Of a stretch of 64,000 nucleotides of DNA, positions 1 to 13,080 are shown piece after piece. The number at the start of each line of letters is the position of its first letter. Within the stretch, counting starts at the first letter, position 1. The notes below the pieces were generated by a model. The model was not told where the DNA came from, did not search any database, and was given only the letters and a program-made list of their open reading frames with translations. The translations under genes and the position numbers were made by a program. The stretch comes from Antedon mediterranea (lineage: Eukaryota > Animalia > Echinodermata). The stretch spans positions 62,001-126,000 of the forward strand of contig NC_092674.1 of the NCBI RefSeq assembly GCF_964355755.1, in the 5' to 3' direction.

Positions 1-234
1 AATTATTATTTTAGAGTAGTTAGGCCCTATCAAAAAAACTATCCAAAAAAGAAACGTTGTTACTATAACAAAATAATATATAATAAACACCAAAATAATC
101 ATCAATAAAATAGCATGATATCTGAAATTTTAAATCACAAAATAATGTTTTTTCATTTATTATTTGTTTTTTACCTACTGTTCACTTAAGTATGAATACC
201 ACCATATCTGCAGAAGCATCTTTTACCAACACTT

Positions 235-1029
235 TTATGTAGATGGTTCAAGATTTTGTGAGTACTAAAGTTTACTAACAATACAGAGACGATGAATCAA
301 TTCAATTACCTATTTCTGTAGATGGTTTAAGATTTTGTGAGTACTAAGGTTTGCTAACATTAACAGAGACTATGATCAATTCAATTACCTGTTTCTGTAG
401 ATGGTTTAAGATTTTGTGAATATTAAGGTTTGCTAACAATAAAGAGACTATGATCAATTCAATTACCTGTTTCTGTAGATGGTTCATGATTTTGTGAGTA
501 TTAAGGTTTGCTAACAATACAGAGACTATGATCAATTCAATTACCTGTTTCTGTAGATGGTTTAAGATTTTGTGAGTATTAAGGTTTGCTAACAATAAAG
601 AGACTATGATCAATTCAATTACCTGTTTCTGTAGATGGTTCATGATTTTGTGAGTATTAAGGTTTGCTAACAATAAAGAGACTATGATCAATTCGATTAC
701 CTATTTCTGTAGATGGTTCAATATTTTGTGAGTATTAAGGTTTGCTAACAATAAAGAGACTATGAATCAATTCAATTACCTGTTTCTGTAGATGGTTCAT
801 GATTTTGTGAGTACTAAGGTTTGCTAACAATAAAGAGACTATGAATCAATTCAATTACCGTACCTATTTCTGTAGATGGTTTAGGATTTTGTGAGTATTA
901 AGGTTTGCTAACAATAAAGAGACTATGAATCAATTCAATTACCTATTTCTGTACATGGTTCAAGATTTTGTGAGTACTAAGGTTTGCTAACAATACAGAG
1001 ACTATGATCAATTCAATTACCTGTTTCTG
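235..1029. repeat. 78-bp minisatellite, about 10 copies
   Basis: Unit GAGACTATGATCAATTCAATTACCTGTTTCTGTAGATGG...TAACAATA recurs every 78-79 bp; it explains the 26-aa repeat ORF 344-691. Confidence 0.95.
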
Positions 1030-1212
1030 CATTACCCAGAAGCAGCAGCTCTGCTGGTCAATTTTAAAGTAATAAAAAATAATTCATATTTATTTGTTCA
1101 TATCATAAATGAAAGAAATAAAAAAAAGCTAAATCAATTTCATGCAAGCGATAATTTAGTCTAAAAAAATATTGAAATCCTATAATATTTTAACTCTAAC
1201 CACAATCGGGAA

Positions 1213-2351
1213 CCAAGCCAACACATTCAGCTTTACTCCCTAGCATCTTTAACTCTAACCCAAGCCAACACATTCAGCTTCACTCCCTAGCATCTTTTAA
1301 CTCAAACCCAAGCCAACACATTCAGCTTCACTCCCTAGCATCTTTTACCTCTAACCCAAGCCAACACATTCAGCTTCACTCCCTAGCATCTTTTAACTAT
1401 AACCCAAGCCAACACATTCAGCTTCACTCCCTAGCAACTTTTAACTCTAACCCAAGCCAACACATTCAGCTTTACTCCCTAGCATCTTTTAACTCTAACC
1501 CAAGCCAACACATTCAGCTTCACTCCCTAGCATCTTTTAACTCTAACCCAAGCCAACACATTCAGCTTCACTCCCTAGCATCTTTTAACTCTAACCCAAG
1601 CCAACACATTCAGCTTCACTCCCTAGCATCTTTTAACTCTAACCCAAGCCAACACATTCAGCTTCACTCCCTAGCATCTTTTAACTCTAACCCAAGCCAA
1701 CACATTCAGCTTCACTCCTTAGCATCTTTTAACTCTAACCCAAGCCAACACATTCAGCTTCACTCCCTAGCATCTTTTAACTCTAACCCAAGCCAACACA
1801 CATTCAGCTTTACTCCCTAGCATCTTTTAACTCTAACCCAAGCCAACACATTTAGCTTCACTCCCTAGCATCTTTTAACTCTAACCCAAGCCAACACATT
1901 CAGCTTCACTCCCTAGCATCTTTTAACTCTAACCCAAGCCAACACATTCAGCTTCACTCCCTAGCATCTTTTAACTCTAACCCAAGCCAACACATTCAGC
2001 TTCACTCCCTAGCATCTTTTAACTCTAACCCAAGCCAACACATTCAGCTTCACTCCCTAGCATCTTTTAACTCTAACCCAAGCCAACACATTCAGCTTCA
2101 CTCCCTAGCATCTTTTAACTCTAACCCAAGTCAACACATTCAGCTTCACTCCCTAGCATCTTTTAACTCTAACCCAAGCCAACACATTCAGCACTCCCTA
2201 GCATCTTTTAACTCTAACCCAAGCCAACACATTCAGCTTCACTCCCTAGCATCTTTTAACTCTAACCCAAGCCAACACATTCAGCTTCACTCCCTAGCAT
2301 CTTTTAACTCTAACCCAAGTCAACACATTTAGCTTCACTCCCTAGCATCTT
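1213..2351. repeat. 48-bp minisatellite, about 24 near-identical copies
   Basis: Unit TTTTAACTCTAACCCAAGCCAACACATTCAGCTTCACTCCCTAGCATC. Confidence 0.97.
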
Positions 2352-2508
2352 AGGGCTAGAGGGCAATAACATCATAAGACTCAGCAAGCCTAATATTCTC
2401 TAGAATTTTTTTAATATAAAATAATAATTTTTAAAAGACTTGCAAAAAAATCGGTCAATGGAAAAATAGAACAATAAAACTAGATTGTACTAAAAAAAAA
2501 CAAAATCG

Positions 2509-3281
2509 ATATTTTCTATTGCAATATCATGTACTATTTTCTATTGCAATATCATGTACTATTTTCTATTGCAATATCATGTATTATATAACACCTATAT
2601 AAATTCCTGTCATTTGATTGGATGAATGTGGGTCACATGGCATGCAATAGTACGCACTATTCAACGATCGTTAAATAGTACTTTTTGAAACATTTTTGTG
2701 TACGAAAAAAAAACGTCTAGATGTTATATAAAACAAATAATGAATGTTTTGTATTCGTGTAATGGTACAAATAATGGCACTTGGTGAATGATGAAAGGTT
2801 ATATCAACTCGGCTTTGCCTCGTTGATATAACCTTTCATCATTCACCTCGTGCCATTATTTGTACCATTGCACTCATAAACATTCATTATTTGTATACTA
2901 TTTTCTATTGCAATATCATGTACTATTTTCTATTGCAATATCATGTACTATTTTCTATTGCAATATCATGTACTATTTTCAATTGCAATATCATGTACTA
3001 TTTTCTATTGCAATATCATGTACTATTTTCTATTGCAATATCATGTACTATTTTCTATTGCAATATCATGTACTATTTTCTATTGCAATATCATGTACTA
3101 TTTTCTATTGCAATATCATGTACTATTTTCTATTGCAATATCATGTACTATTTTCTATTGCAATATCATGTACTATTTTCTATTGCAATATCATGTACTA
3201 TTTTTTATTGCAATATCATGTACTATTTTCTATTGCAATATCATGTACTATTTTCTATTGCAATATCATGTACTATTTTCT
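2509..3281. repeat. 25-bp minisatellite interrupted by a ~310-bp insertion
   Basis: Unit TACTATTTTCTATTGCAATATCATG at 2509-2584 and 2897-3281. Confidence 0.95.
2585..2897. mobile_element. Non-autonomous hairpin element (Crypton-like, family tentative)
   Basis: Terminal ~160-bp imperfect palindrome 2734-2893 centred on CTCGGCTTTGCCTCG; inserted into the 25-bp array. Confidence 0.5.
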
Positions 3282-4114
3282 AAAATGTAATAAGTAACAG
3301 ATAGTAGAACAAACATGAAGTGGGAGAAATTTTTTGGATTATTAAAATAAACTGTTAAAATGTTAATATTCACTGAATGTTGAAAAGTGCGATGCATATT
3401 ACTGTATACAAATTTACTTTTCACTCTTCAACAATTCACAAAATCACATAATAATATTGAAAAAAACAAAACAAAAACGGATTAATATTGCATGCATTAA
3501 TAATTAATAAAATATTGTAATTCAGCAGCGAAAGTGCACAATTAATTAAAGTACGAATTAGATATCTATAAACAATCTACAGAGGGTGCTGTTTAGTTTT
3601 ACAATGATGACAAATTGTTGTATTAGTCTTTTATATTGAGTTTTTCCGGTGGGTAAAACTTAATCATTGATGTACAATTTTGTCAACAAAATAAAACTCA
3701 AAAGCATGTCCTGCTTTCTTCCATGATACCATTTAAATAATTAAAATAAACACAATTTAAAATAATGTGTTTTCGTGCAAAATAAATAAAACAAACCTCT
3801 GCATGTTCTCGCTGTGCCTGCTTACTCTAAAATTAAAAACCAGAGTGAATATGAGGTGAAAGACGTTTTGTGTCTGGGACATATCCAGTACATGCAATTG
3901 ATTATAACTATGTACACTAATAACAAGCTTACTAAGCAAAAACTAAAGAAGTTATTATGATTGATTTAATTAACATTTTCTTGGCCCATGCATACTATGA
4001 GTATGAGGAGGTGGAACCATGAGCTACAACATGCACTAGAAGTAGAGAATAATAATGACAATTATTAAGCCAAACATATATAGGATGAATGAGGGTACGT
4101 TTATTGTAAATACA

Positions 4115-5342
4115 TAATATAAAAATAACGCTTAAAAAAGAACGACGTTTCGACTCCATCATGGGGTCATTATCAAGTCCAATGAATAAAATTTAAAACA
4201 ACAACTAATTAAATAGCACAAGCCAAGGGTCAAAGTTTAAATAACAAAAGACCTATTGTCTTACATCCTGTCAAATGAAAAGCTTAGCTTTTACAGAGTC
4301 ACTTTTGTTTATTCAGACTAGGTTTTAATAAGTCTGATATATTTTATTTTGTTATTTTTTATTTTATTCAATCGAAACCAACAGCGATAATTACCGCCAC
4401 TAACAGGTTTGATACAAACAAAGCCAGGACTGTTTAAAGCACCTTGATTGGTCCTAACATTGATCAAGGGCTTCTCTCGTCCAGTGCCCACCTTGGCAAG
4501 AGGTCTGAGGCAGATACTAGATGCAGGGGCTGCCATAAGAGTCAGCAGTGCTGATTTCAAATGCCTAACGGGACCCCAGCTCCGTATACAGCACCCGTTA
4601 TTCCCAGATGGTCTCCCATCCAAGCTCTAACCAGGCACAACGTCGCTTAACTTCGCTGATCTGACGAGAACCGGTGTTTGAACGTGGTAAAGCCACATTT
4701 CATAGATAAGACATTCATGTTTTTGCATTTCCTAAGTATACTAAAAACATGAATTAATTTTACTTGGATTACCAATCATGTTATGATCCTTTAAATGCTG
4801 TCCTATTAAGCATCTACTATGTTCAACAATACGTTGGTAGGTGTCGACATGTACATCCAACATAACTTGCATCACACAAGTCACATTTAAATTTAAACAC
4901 AACACATTGTTGACTTATAATAGTTGGTTTCTTTTTCGACTTTCCTAATGTTATCTTTAACTTTTTTTAATTTTTTACCTCTATTGTTGAACATAGTAGA
5001 TGCTTAATAGGACAGCATTTAAAGGATCATAACATGATTGTTAATCCAAGTAAAATTAATTCATGTTTTAGTATACTTAGGAAATGCAAAAACAAATTTA
5101 TCTATGAAATGTTGTATATCAGACAATTAAAACCTAGTCTTAATAAAAAAAGTGACTCTGTAAAAGCTAAGCTTTTCACTTGACAGGATGTAAAGACAAT
5201 AGGTCTTTTGTTATTTAAACTTTGACCCTTGGCTTGTGCTATTTAATTAGTTGTTGTTTTAAATGTTATTCATTGGACTTGATAATGACTCCATGATGGA
5301 GTCGAAACGTCGTTCTTTTTTAAGCGTTATTTTTATATTATA
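4115..5342. mobile_element. Penelope-like retroelement 3' remnant with inverted pseudo-LTR (GIY-YIG endonuclease end + hammerhead-like motif)
   Basis: Minus strand about 4940-4830 encodes KPTIISQQCVVFKFKCDLCDASYVGCTCRHL. Plus arm 4983-5183 encodes IVEHSRCLIGQHLKDH...FSILRKCKNK..YEMLYIRQLKPSLNKKSDSVKAKLFT*. Segment 4982-5342 is the inverted copy of 4115-4341 + 4695-4831. Confidence 0.85.
4342..4694 (-). mobile_element. 5S rRNA-derived SINE (SINE3-type)
   Basis: Minus strand 4694-4585 reads GGCTTTACCACGTTCAAACACCGGTTCTCGTCAGATCAGCGAAGTTAAGCG...TTGGATGGGAGACCATCTGGGAATAACGGGTGCTGTA (5S with A and C boxes), followed by a ~215-nt unrelated body and an A-rich tail. Confidence 0.85.
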
Positions 5343-5484
5343 TATAATATTATAGGATGATGATGTTTTTTGATGATCATCATGATTATAATGGTGATAG
5401 CAATAACATGGTCATAATCAATTCCAAATTGAAAGATATGGATGATATGATTAAATTTCCATAAAAAAATTATTATATAGTTAC

Positions 5485-8400
5485 CGATAATTCTGAGTTA
5501 AGGATGTCCGAGAACATTGTGTGGAATTCTTTAGGATTGCTGAGTTTGAGTTCCTTACAGTTTTCAAGGTATGCATCAATGTTTTTTAACCCCTGGTCAA
5601 CCCCTTCCTTTGTCTGACATGTGTCAATGTCTTGTGAGGCTAGTACTTCCATTCCTTTTGAACACCATTGTTGGGCCTATAATTGAGTAAACATTAAATT
5701 ACTGAATATGTACATGAAGAGGAAAAATTGGATTCAACAAATGACAACATGTGTGCATATTATGTGTTTGTTAAACAGAAGATAGAAAATGATATATTCT
5801 AGGGAATAGCTCAAACTACTAACTGAATAAGTACCTTATGTATCCTTTGATGTAATTCTAATGATTTGCTTAACACAATTGTTCTTGTAAGTGTTTTCCT
5901 TTCAATTTCTTCAATTAATTCTGAAATGTCTTCACACTTTGGTCGGATACAATCTCCAGCATAGTTTTCCTGAGTTATCAGCTCTATACCCTCACTACGA
6001 AGTTTTTCTGCAGATTCAAATGCAGGCTGAAAAACAAAAACAAAAATTATAAAAAAATTACTCAAAAACTGAATGAAGTACTGTACTTGGCAAAATATAT
6101 CAATCATTAAACATTACTAGAGGCTGAGCTCGCTTCGCTCGCTCCCCCTCTAGGAAGTGTAGACGATGGTTCTCGGAATGATAATGTTCTCATTATACGT
6201 TTTCTGTCGGTTACCATTATTGAAAATGCTTGACATTCGTAAAACTAAACTACTTTGTTTCACAGTGTTTTAGATGATTAATAACATTTTAAAGTATAGT
6301 TTTTATTGTTTGGTAGGGCCCTTTGGGGAGGCGGAGGTCATTTGAGGGAGGTGCTTATTCGAGGGATATATGTTAAATTTTTTAGTTTCAATAATATGGT
6401 AACATTTATAATCAAATGAAATCTTCTAATAGATATGAAAACTGGTAAAAAAGAATAACAAATTCTAGGTAAATTGTAGATAACAGTGCGATGAATTCCA
6501 CTACAAATAGTATAATTGTTGTGTTATTATAAATATGTGGATGGACGTTTATTAGATAGTTGGGTTGGGGGGGGGGGGGTTATTATTCAAAGTGATGTTT
6601 TATTGGAGAGGCGTTTATTTAAATGAATACCATCCTAATAATTATTAATACATTATTTAATTTAATCATCTTTTGAAACTAACTGCCGTGACAGAGTGGG
6701 CCCAAGAAGAAGACATTACGGCTTGCAACATGGGCAGACATCTCGGTCCTAACGGGACACAGGAAGATAGCCTACAGTTATTCCTGCAAGCTTACTCAAT
6801 AAAACTCAGCTATCGGGATTTCACTCGAAAAATGTCTTATCATCAAATCTCCCTATGTAATTTTATAATACTATTCCCCACAATATATTCTGATTCTTTT
6901 AATATTTAATTTGATCTTTATTAATTTGCAGTATAATTTCTATTATTTAACTACTGTACCTTCACACATGCGCGATATGTTTTAAAATAAACAAAAAACT
7001 GAAATGGCTATGACTAATGGCCAACTTAAGCTCCAGTCCTACTATCTGATTTTTTTTTGTCTTCCAAAGGGACACTGTATTGATTGATGGAAAGTGCCTT
7101 TTTCCAGTCACCTTTAGGGTCAAATCTATTATTTTAACTGCTCCCTTGTGTATAAAAGAGAGAAAATATTTGAAACCAGGTTGTTGCAAGGTGAACTTAT
7201 CTTAAACCCGGAAATTACTTTGACCGGAAAGAATTGAAATTGAGATGAAAATCTAATGTTGAAATCATAAATTTTGTTAAAAAACTCTTTATAATATCTT
7301 CCTAAGATAGAAATATGGAACAATAGCGTCGATGTAAACACTAATGTTATCAAATCTACGTTTCGCGGTACATCTCAGATAGATAAGGTAGGTATCCAAG
7401 GCGGAGATTTGTACCGAAGTTTTTGCATTGTGCTCGCCTATGTCAGAATTAACCATAATTTATATATAGATTCGGAGAGAGAGGGCTCACTACTTCATAT
7501 TTTGTTAGGGTAAAATGGGGGAGGGATAACCTGCAACTTGCAGCCTACTGGGCTGAATTGCGCAAAGTGGTGTTCAAGACACATACCACAACTTTCTTCT
7601 CCTTTAAGGGTCCCCTCATGTCGACTGCTGCCCTCAAATGGCGTGTTATTTAATATTTCGTAGGAAAGATACAGGTTAGTTAAAAGAATACAAATTTTCC
7701 CTTTTTTTATTTGTGAAGTTATTAATGAACCGATTTTGGTATATTTACACTGAAAAATTCAGAATGGTAACTTCAAAATTGTAGGCGTTATCGTGCTAAC
7801 ATACAAACAAAGCACGTACTATAAATTTAATATACTAAATGACAATTTGTTTCTGGTTTAAGGAGGACCAAATGCGTACTTCATTTTAATTACAAATTAA
7901 TCAAATATAGAGGTGGCTAAATTGGAATGTTTTAATAAACTGTAAAATTAACTGAATCAGAAAGTGAACTTACGTGTGTATTTCCTTCAAATTCATTGTG
8001 TAATGTTGATAATCTCTCAACTGAAGCAACTGAGTCTCCAAGCTCATTAGCATCATTGATTTTGTATAGGTAATTATCAAGAACTAATTTCACCTATAAA
8101 CATCAAACATTGTCATATGAAATATGGTAAGTTTATCATAAATTGTTTTTAGTTTCCTATATTCAACCTCATATTATAATTCCATTATACTACACAGTTA
8201 TTTCACAAACCTGTTTAAATTGATAATCAAACCTTCTGTAGTCAACACACTGCATCAGCTTAATCTTGTGTCCATCCCAAAACACATCAAATGATTTCTC
8301 CGTTTCTTCTAATTGCACTAATAATCTTTAAGAAAAAATACATAACTTCTTGAACAAATATTAATGATAATAAATCAACAAACCTGAATGCATAAATAAT

Positions 8401-11400
8401 AGGCATAAATTAACTAACTACTGAAACTAAAACTTAACTAAATAATTGAGTTCAGATAATTATAATACCAAATGGAAATGGCATTTTTATAAATGCTGCA
8501 TGCATTACATAGTATTAACACAGTATACATATATATATAATATACACATTTTAAAAACACATTTGAAGCTTTCATAATTATTCATATCTTATATCACAAA
8601 ACAATACCAAAGAACAACAAAGAAGAATTTATTATTAATTTAAAATCACAAACAAAATACCACTGTAAACAAAAATTAAAAGCCCTATTTTTGCATAAAG
8701 TATAATAGTATGTCCACTGTTTGTATTTTTGAGTCTCAAAACCATCATCTGCAATTAGCAGAATATGAAATCAAGAAATACCAGACTTTGCAAGTTAACA
8801 TCAGGTAATAATGCCAATAAATCACTTTATAGAAGCTGATGACAAAATTGGTAATTGTAAAAAGTTTGTAAAATGTTGTAATAATGAGGCTTTTAACATT
8901 AGCATTATGAGTACTTTTAAAACTGTACTGCCCTCGCATTCTTAGTCTACAAAATAACTTTTAAGTTTTTTAACTTGGATAAAATGTAAAACATAATAAA
9001 ATGGCATGAATTTCTGCAACTAAATGAATGAAACTGTATAAAATAATAGCATGCAAAGATTAACACTAAACATATTGTTACATTCACTAATACTTACTTA
9101 TTCTGAATATCTCCAGCACTTTCAGATTTAAAAATTAAAATAAATAATGTAACATTAACATTGAAGTATCAAGCAGATAGTTAATTATAACCAAAAAAAA
9201 TAGCCTCCTTAATAAAGCAGGCAAAAAACCTTATATAGTCATTATGGGTTAGAAAACTCTTGACATGTTGGAACTGACAAATAACACTTTTTACCTATAA
9301 AACTAGTATATAGTTTTCTAGATCTAATAATTAAAAAACAACTTACATACATAAAAATGTAATAATAATACCTTTCAACAGCACAGACATTGGAGAGTTT
9401 ATCTGGGTTGAGTTTAAAGGAAGCTGTGTCTTTGGAAGGCTTGCGTATACAACCAAGTAACGTTTCACCATGGCGCCTTGTACTTAGGATATCTTCTTTC
9501 ATCTCATTATGTTTTACCGTGTGATCGTGTAACATCAACTTAGCTGCATCAAGATCATTTGGAAGCTCATGTTGGTTCATTTCATCAGATATTGCTTGCA
9601 CAATTTTTGAAGTCTCATTGCAATTTGCTGCAAATCTCTCAATAGCCTTACATGAATAAAATAAACCAGGTGAAATTAAATGGTATATACAATCTAAATA
9701 AATTGCTTAGCACCTATACACACATCTATACATTAACTATTTATTTTTTTTTTTTTATATTTCTGGATAATGAATACACTACTGTATCTTGATAAAACTC
9801 TTGAAAAACATACCTGGTATGCAACTTATTATATTTTACTATTAAATTAGTTCTATTTCAATTAATGCACTGTACTTAAATATACAGCATATAAACATAC
9901 TGTAATTTCTATTTTATGAAGAATACATGAAGGAAATTGTTACCATTCGATCCTCAATCCAAAGTTGTAGATTGAATCTTATTGTGCCTTTGAAATCAGT
10001 TGTTAGCTGTGAAGGGTCTATGTGTGAATGTAACTCTTCAACCGTATCAAGTAAAACCGTCTGAAGAAGTAATAACTTGTTACAGTAAATATAATATCAT
10101 TTTCATAACATATGGTAATACTACAATCATGGTGTGTCACTACTATCAGAAATTTACATCCTAAATTGATTTTGAGCAGACTCTTTTAATTCAATTTAAA
10201 AAACTTTACAATTCCTTTGGTCATGGCAGGCTCACAAAAGTAGACAAATATCAGTAAAATAGAACATACAGTTGCACAACAACAAACATTGATATGATGA
10301 ATGTGCAGTTATCAGTACCATTACTACAGTAATTAAAAAAAGATGAATTTTCAGGCTACAGTTAATAAGTATTAAGAGTATACCTTAAAGTTAAAATCAT
10401 CTTTAACAAGACTATATCCGAAATCAGAGAATTTCCTTGCAAACCATCCACAAGGCTTGATGATATAGATGCACTGCATACTACCTGGAAATAAACCCTG
10501 AAATGGAAATAATGGAATAATGATTGAATACATCCATTATTTAGTGATTCTTCTGATTTGTTCTATGTTGTTTTTTGTTTAAAGTACAAGTATCTCTATA
10601 TATTCTTTTTTAATTAGATTGATTACCTTAGGGTTTATTACTATGATACCTGTTATCATTGTTTCACTTTACTTGTACTATTTTTGAAGTGTGAAAAATT
10701 CAATAAAAGAAGAAGAAGAAAGAAAGCCTGTTGGTGAAATCTCTAAATTAGTTTAAACCATCTAGCATTAGTTGATTAGAATTTAAAAAAAAATAGTTTG
10801 ACTCTTTCAATGGGAAAAATATAGAGAGATCATCAAAATACTGAATTCACTAATTTCTGGTTCCTGTACACACATCATGCTATGCGATAATATTCATTTC
10901 CTTGTTATAGTATTGAGTGTAAGAGAGGAGGTGTAGTGAAGCTATTGCTATTAATTGATAGCTTTCAGGGAAGCTGTAAGAAACATAATTAATCATGATA
11001 GAAGCATTCTAAAGAAGTAGTAACATACCGATATCCTGTACAGAAGTGTCTTAACACTACTCCATGACTCATTCCGACGATCAGCTATTATTGCAAATCC
11101 TCTGTCAGCTTCAATCATACTATTAGACATTATCAGAAATGGAAAAAAGTGATAAGATTAGTGAACGCATTACGATGATGATCATGCCAGACATAATTTT
11201 GTGAATTTTTATTAAACTTACTCGCCAACACATTTGTTTGCAAAAGAAAGTTTGAAATTGGCCTACCAAGCTTTTCTTTTATGCAAAAGTTTACAGTATG
11301 CTATAAATCTGTTTTCTGCAATGCATATTTTGGAAGAGAAAGGGTCTGCTTGGATTTGGAAAGAAAGTTTTACTAATATTACAGAAACACTCCTTGCACA

Positions 11401-13080
11401 ATTGCTTATATGAGTAAAACAGCTATTCTAAATACCCAACTGTAATGATACCAAATTAATCAAATGAGAAAAAAAGATTGTGTTATAATGATGATTATCT
11501 TATTGTGATGAAAGAATTTGAATAATTTGTTAATTGTGATTTTATTTTGATATCATCTGTTAGCACTGCGCTGCTTGCCTATGAAATTATGTGTTAAATT
11601 ACTTCCTCTCAGGGCATGGCCACAACAAATATAGTGAGCTTTTATGGCTATTGCTAACGCCGCAAATGATGTTTTATCCAAAAAATAGTTTTTGTTTTTT
11701 AATTTAGCAGACCAATGAGTGGTACACATTAATAATGTTGGTATTCGTTCAATATGGTTTGCAGGTTTTAGCAATAACTACCTACAGACTATCTTCACTA
11801 TGTCATGCAATTTGCTGTTAAAACAAGGTGATAGAATGAAAATATGCTCTCTTGAATATAAATAACCTATATGGTGAACAAGTAAGTGAACAGCATTAAT
11901 CATGAATTCAGTATCGCAAGGGCTTGAGATGATTTTGTGTAAAAAAAGAAATAAGAATACAAAATAAATAAAACTGAACTCAGTATAAAGGGGAAAAAAT
12001 GAAATATGAATGTTTTAAGGTATAAGAGTAAGTACTGTAGATTCAATGACTGTGAACAAGAAACAAAAATAAAACATGCACCAGAAAGATATAAAGATAA
12101 AGATTTTGTAAAGTAACTAAAATCACTAAAGATGAAAGTCAACCAATAAAAACAATAATAAATAAATTTCATGCAAGTACCTCTCCTCATAATTTCGAAG
12201 GAAGCTGCGATGTAATAGTCGACAAAATAACACAGAACTGCATGTTTATTTACTGAATGTATTTTAATATTAGTACAAATGAATTATTTCCAGAGTGAAC
12301 AACCTGGTAATAGTTTGGAATGAAAAGATTTATTCATAAATTGAAATTAATATTTACATATTGATTTGGTCGTTAATTATTAAAGCATTTTAAGTTTAGT
12401 ATCCTACTTAGTATATTAGATTAGTTTGTTTCCTTGTGTTCAAATACATCATGATGGCAGGCCTACATACCTGGGCACCCTTGTTAAATACATCATTAGT
12501 TGAACAAATCCATCATCAGAGAGAGCAGTAAACTTCTCTGTGTCTGGTAATGTGATGATTGGAAGACCTGCTGATGTTCGTCCTCCTGAAGTTTGACAGA
12601 AATTCATACATTATTATGGGTTTGTTTCAATTGAAATTTATCCATGCTTTTTAATGTGATTTCCCATAGTGTAATTGAATTGAAAGTATTGAATTTATTA
12701 AAAGGAAGAACTATTCTATTAAAAGTCATTTCAAAATAAACATCATTTCATTTGGTTTATTCAATAACAATGAAATGAAGCAGAAAATGACTTTATGGGG
12801 AAATGATAGAACAAATGCTTACTCCAATTCCAACAGATTGATTGATTGTTTACTGTTGTTACTGCTGTACCTGACAGGTACTGTAGGGCCAAACTATCCT
12901 TGATTGATTGATTGTTTACTGTTGTTATTACTGTACCTGACAGGTACTGTAGGGCCAAACTATCCTTTGATTGATTGATTAATTTCTTACCTGACAGATA
13001 CCCAACTCCATCTTGCATAATCTGTGCCACATGTTTTATGCTCACCTCCATCTCCATTAATTTCTTTAGGTGATCATCGT
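5485..13080 (-). CDS. MCF2L: Dbl-family Rho GEF (MCF2L/Dbs-like), N-terminal SEC14/CRAL-TRIO and spectrin-repeat exons; 3' part (DH-PH) lies outside the window
   Basis: Ten GT-AG exons splice in frame: 13080-12991, 12585-12471, 11119-11029, 10497-10384, 10060-9944, 9646-9372, 8325-8211, 8093-7974, 6026-5835, 5676-5485. Peptides YLSGGRTSAGLPIITLPD, IADRRNESWSSVKTLL, LHSHIDPSQLTTDFKG, ELPNDLDAAK, LLVQLEETEKSFDVFW, DCIRPKCED, LSKSLELHQR and QWCSKGMEVLASQDID match recalled vertebrate MCF2L. Confidence 0.92.
6114..7472 (+). mobile_element. Possible Helentron-associated non-autonomous element (HINE/DINE-like)
   Basis: Starts TTACTAG..CTCGCTTCGCTCG and ends TTTATATATAGATT, termini I associate with HINE-type elements. 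No coding capacity. Confidence 0.35.

Noticed and set aside
1213-2351. CRISPR-like regularity, or interstitial telomere (CTAACCC in each unit)
   Set aside because: Units are contiguous with no unique spacers and no cas genes are present. There is only one telomere-like heptamer per 48-bp unit. The other arrays in the window likewise lack spacers.
2860-3297. Repeat-derived ORFs (also 344-691, 16900-17161, 51258-51497, 53498-53785, 54892-55332, 62376-62747)
   Set aside because: They are translations of tandem repeats, often open in several frames or strands, with no recognisable domains.
4585-4694. Functional 5S rRNA gene
   Set aside because: It is 5'-truncated and diverged, lacks a poly-T terminator, and is fused to a SINE body and A-rich tail.
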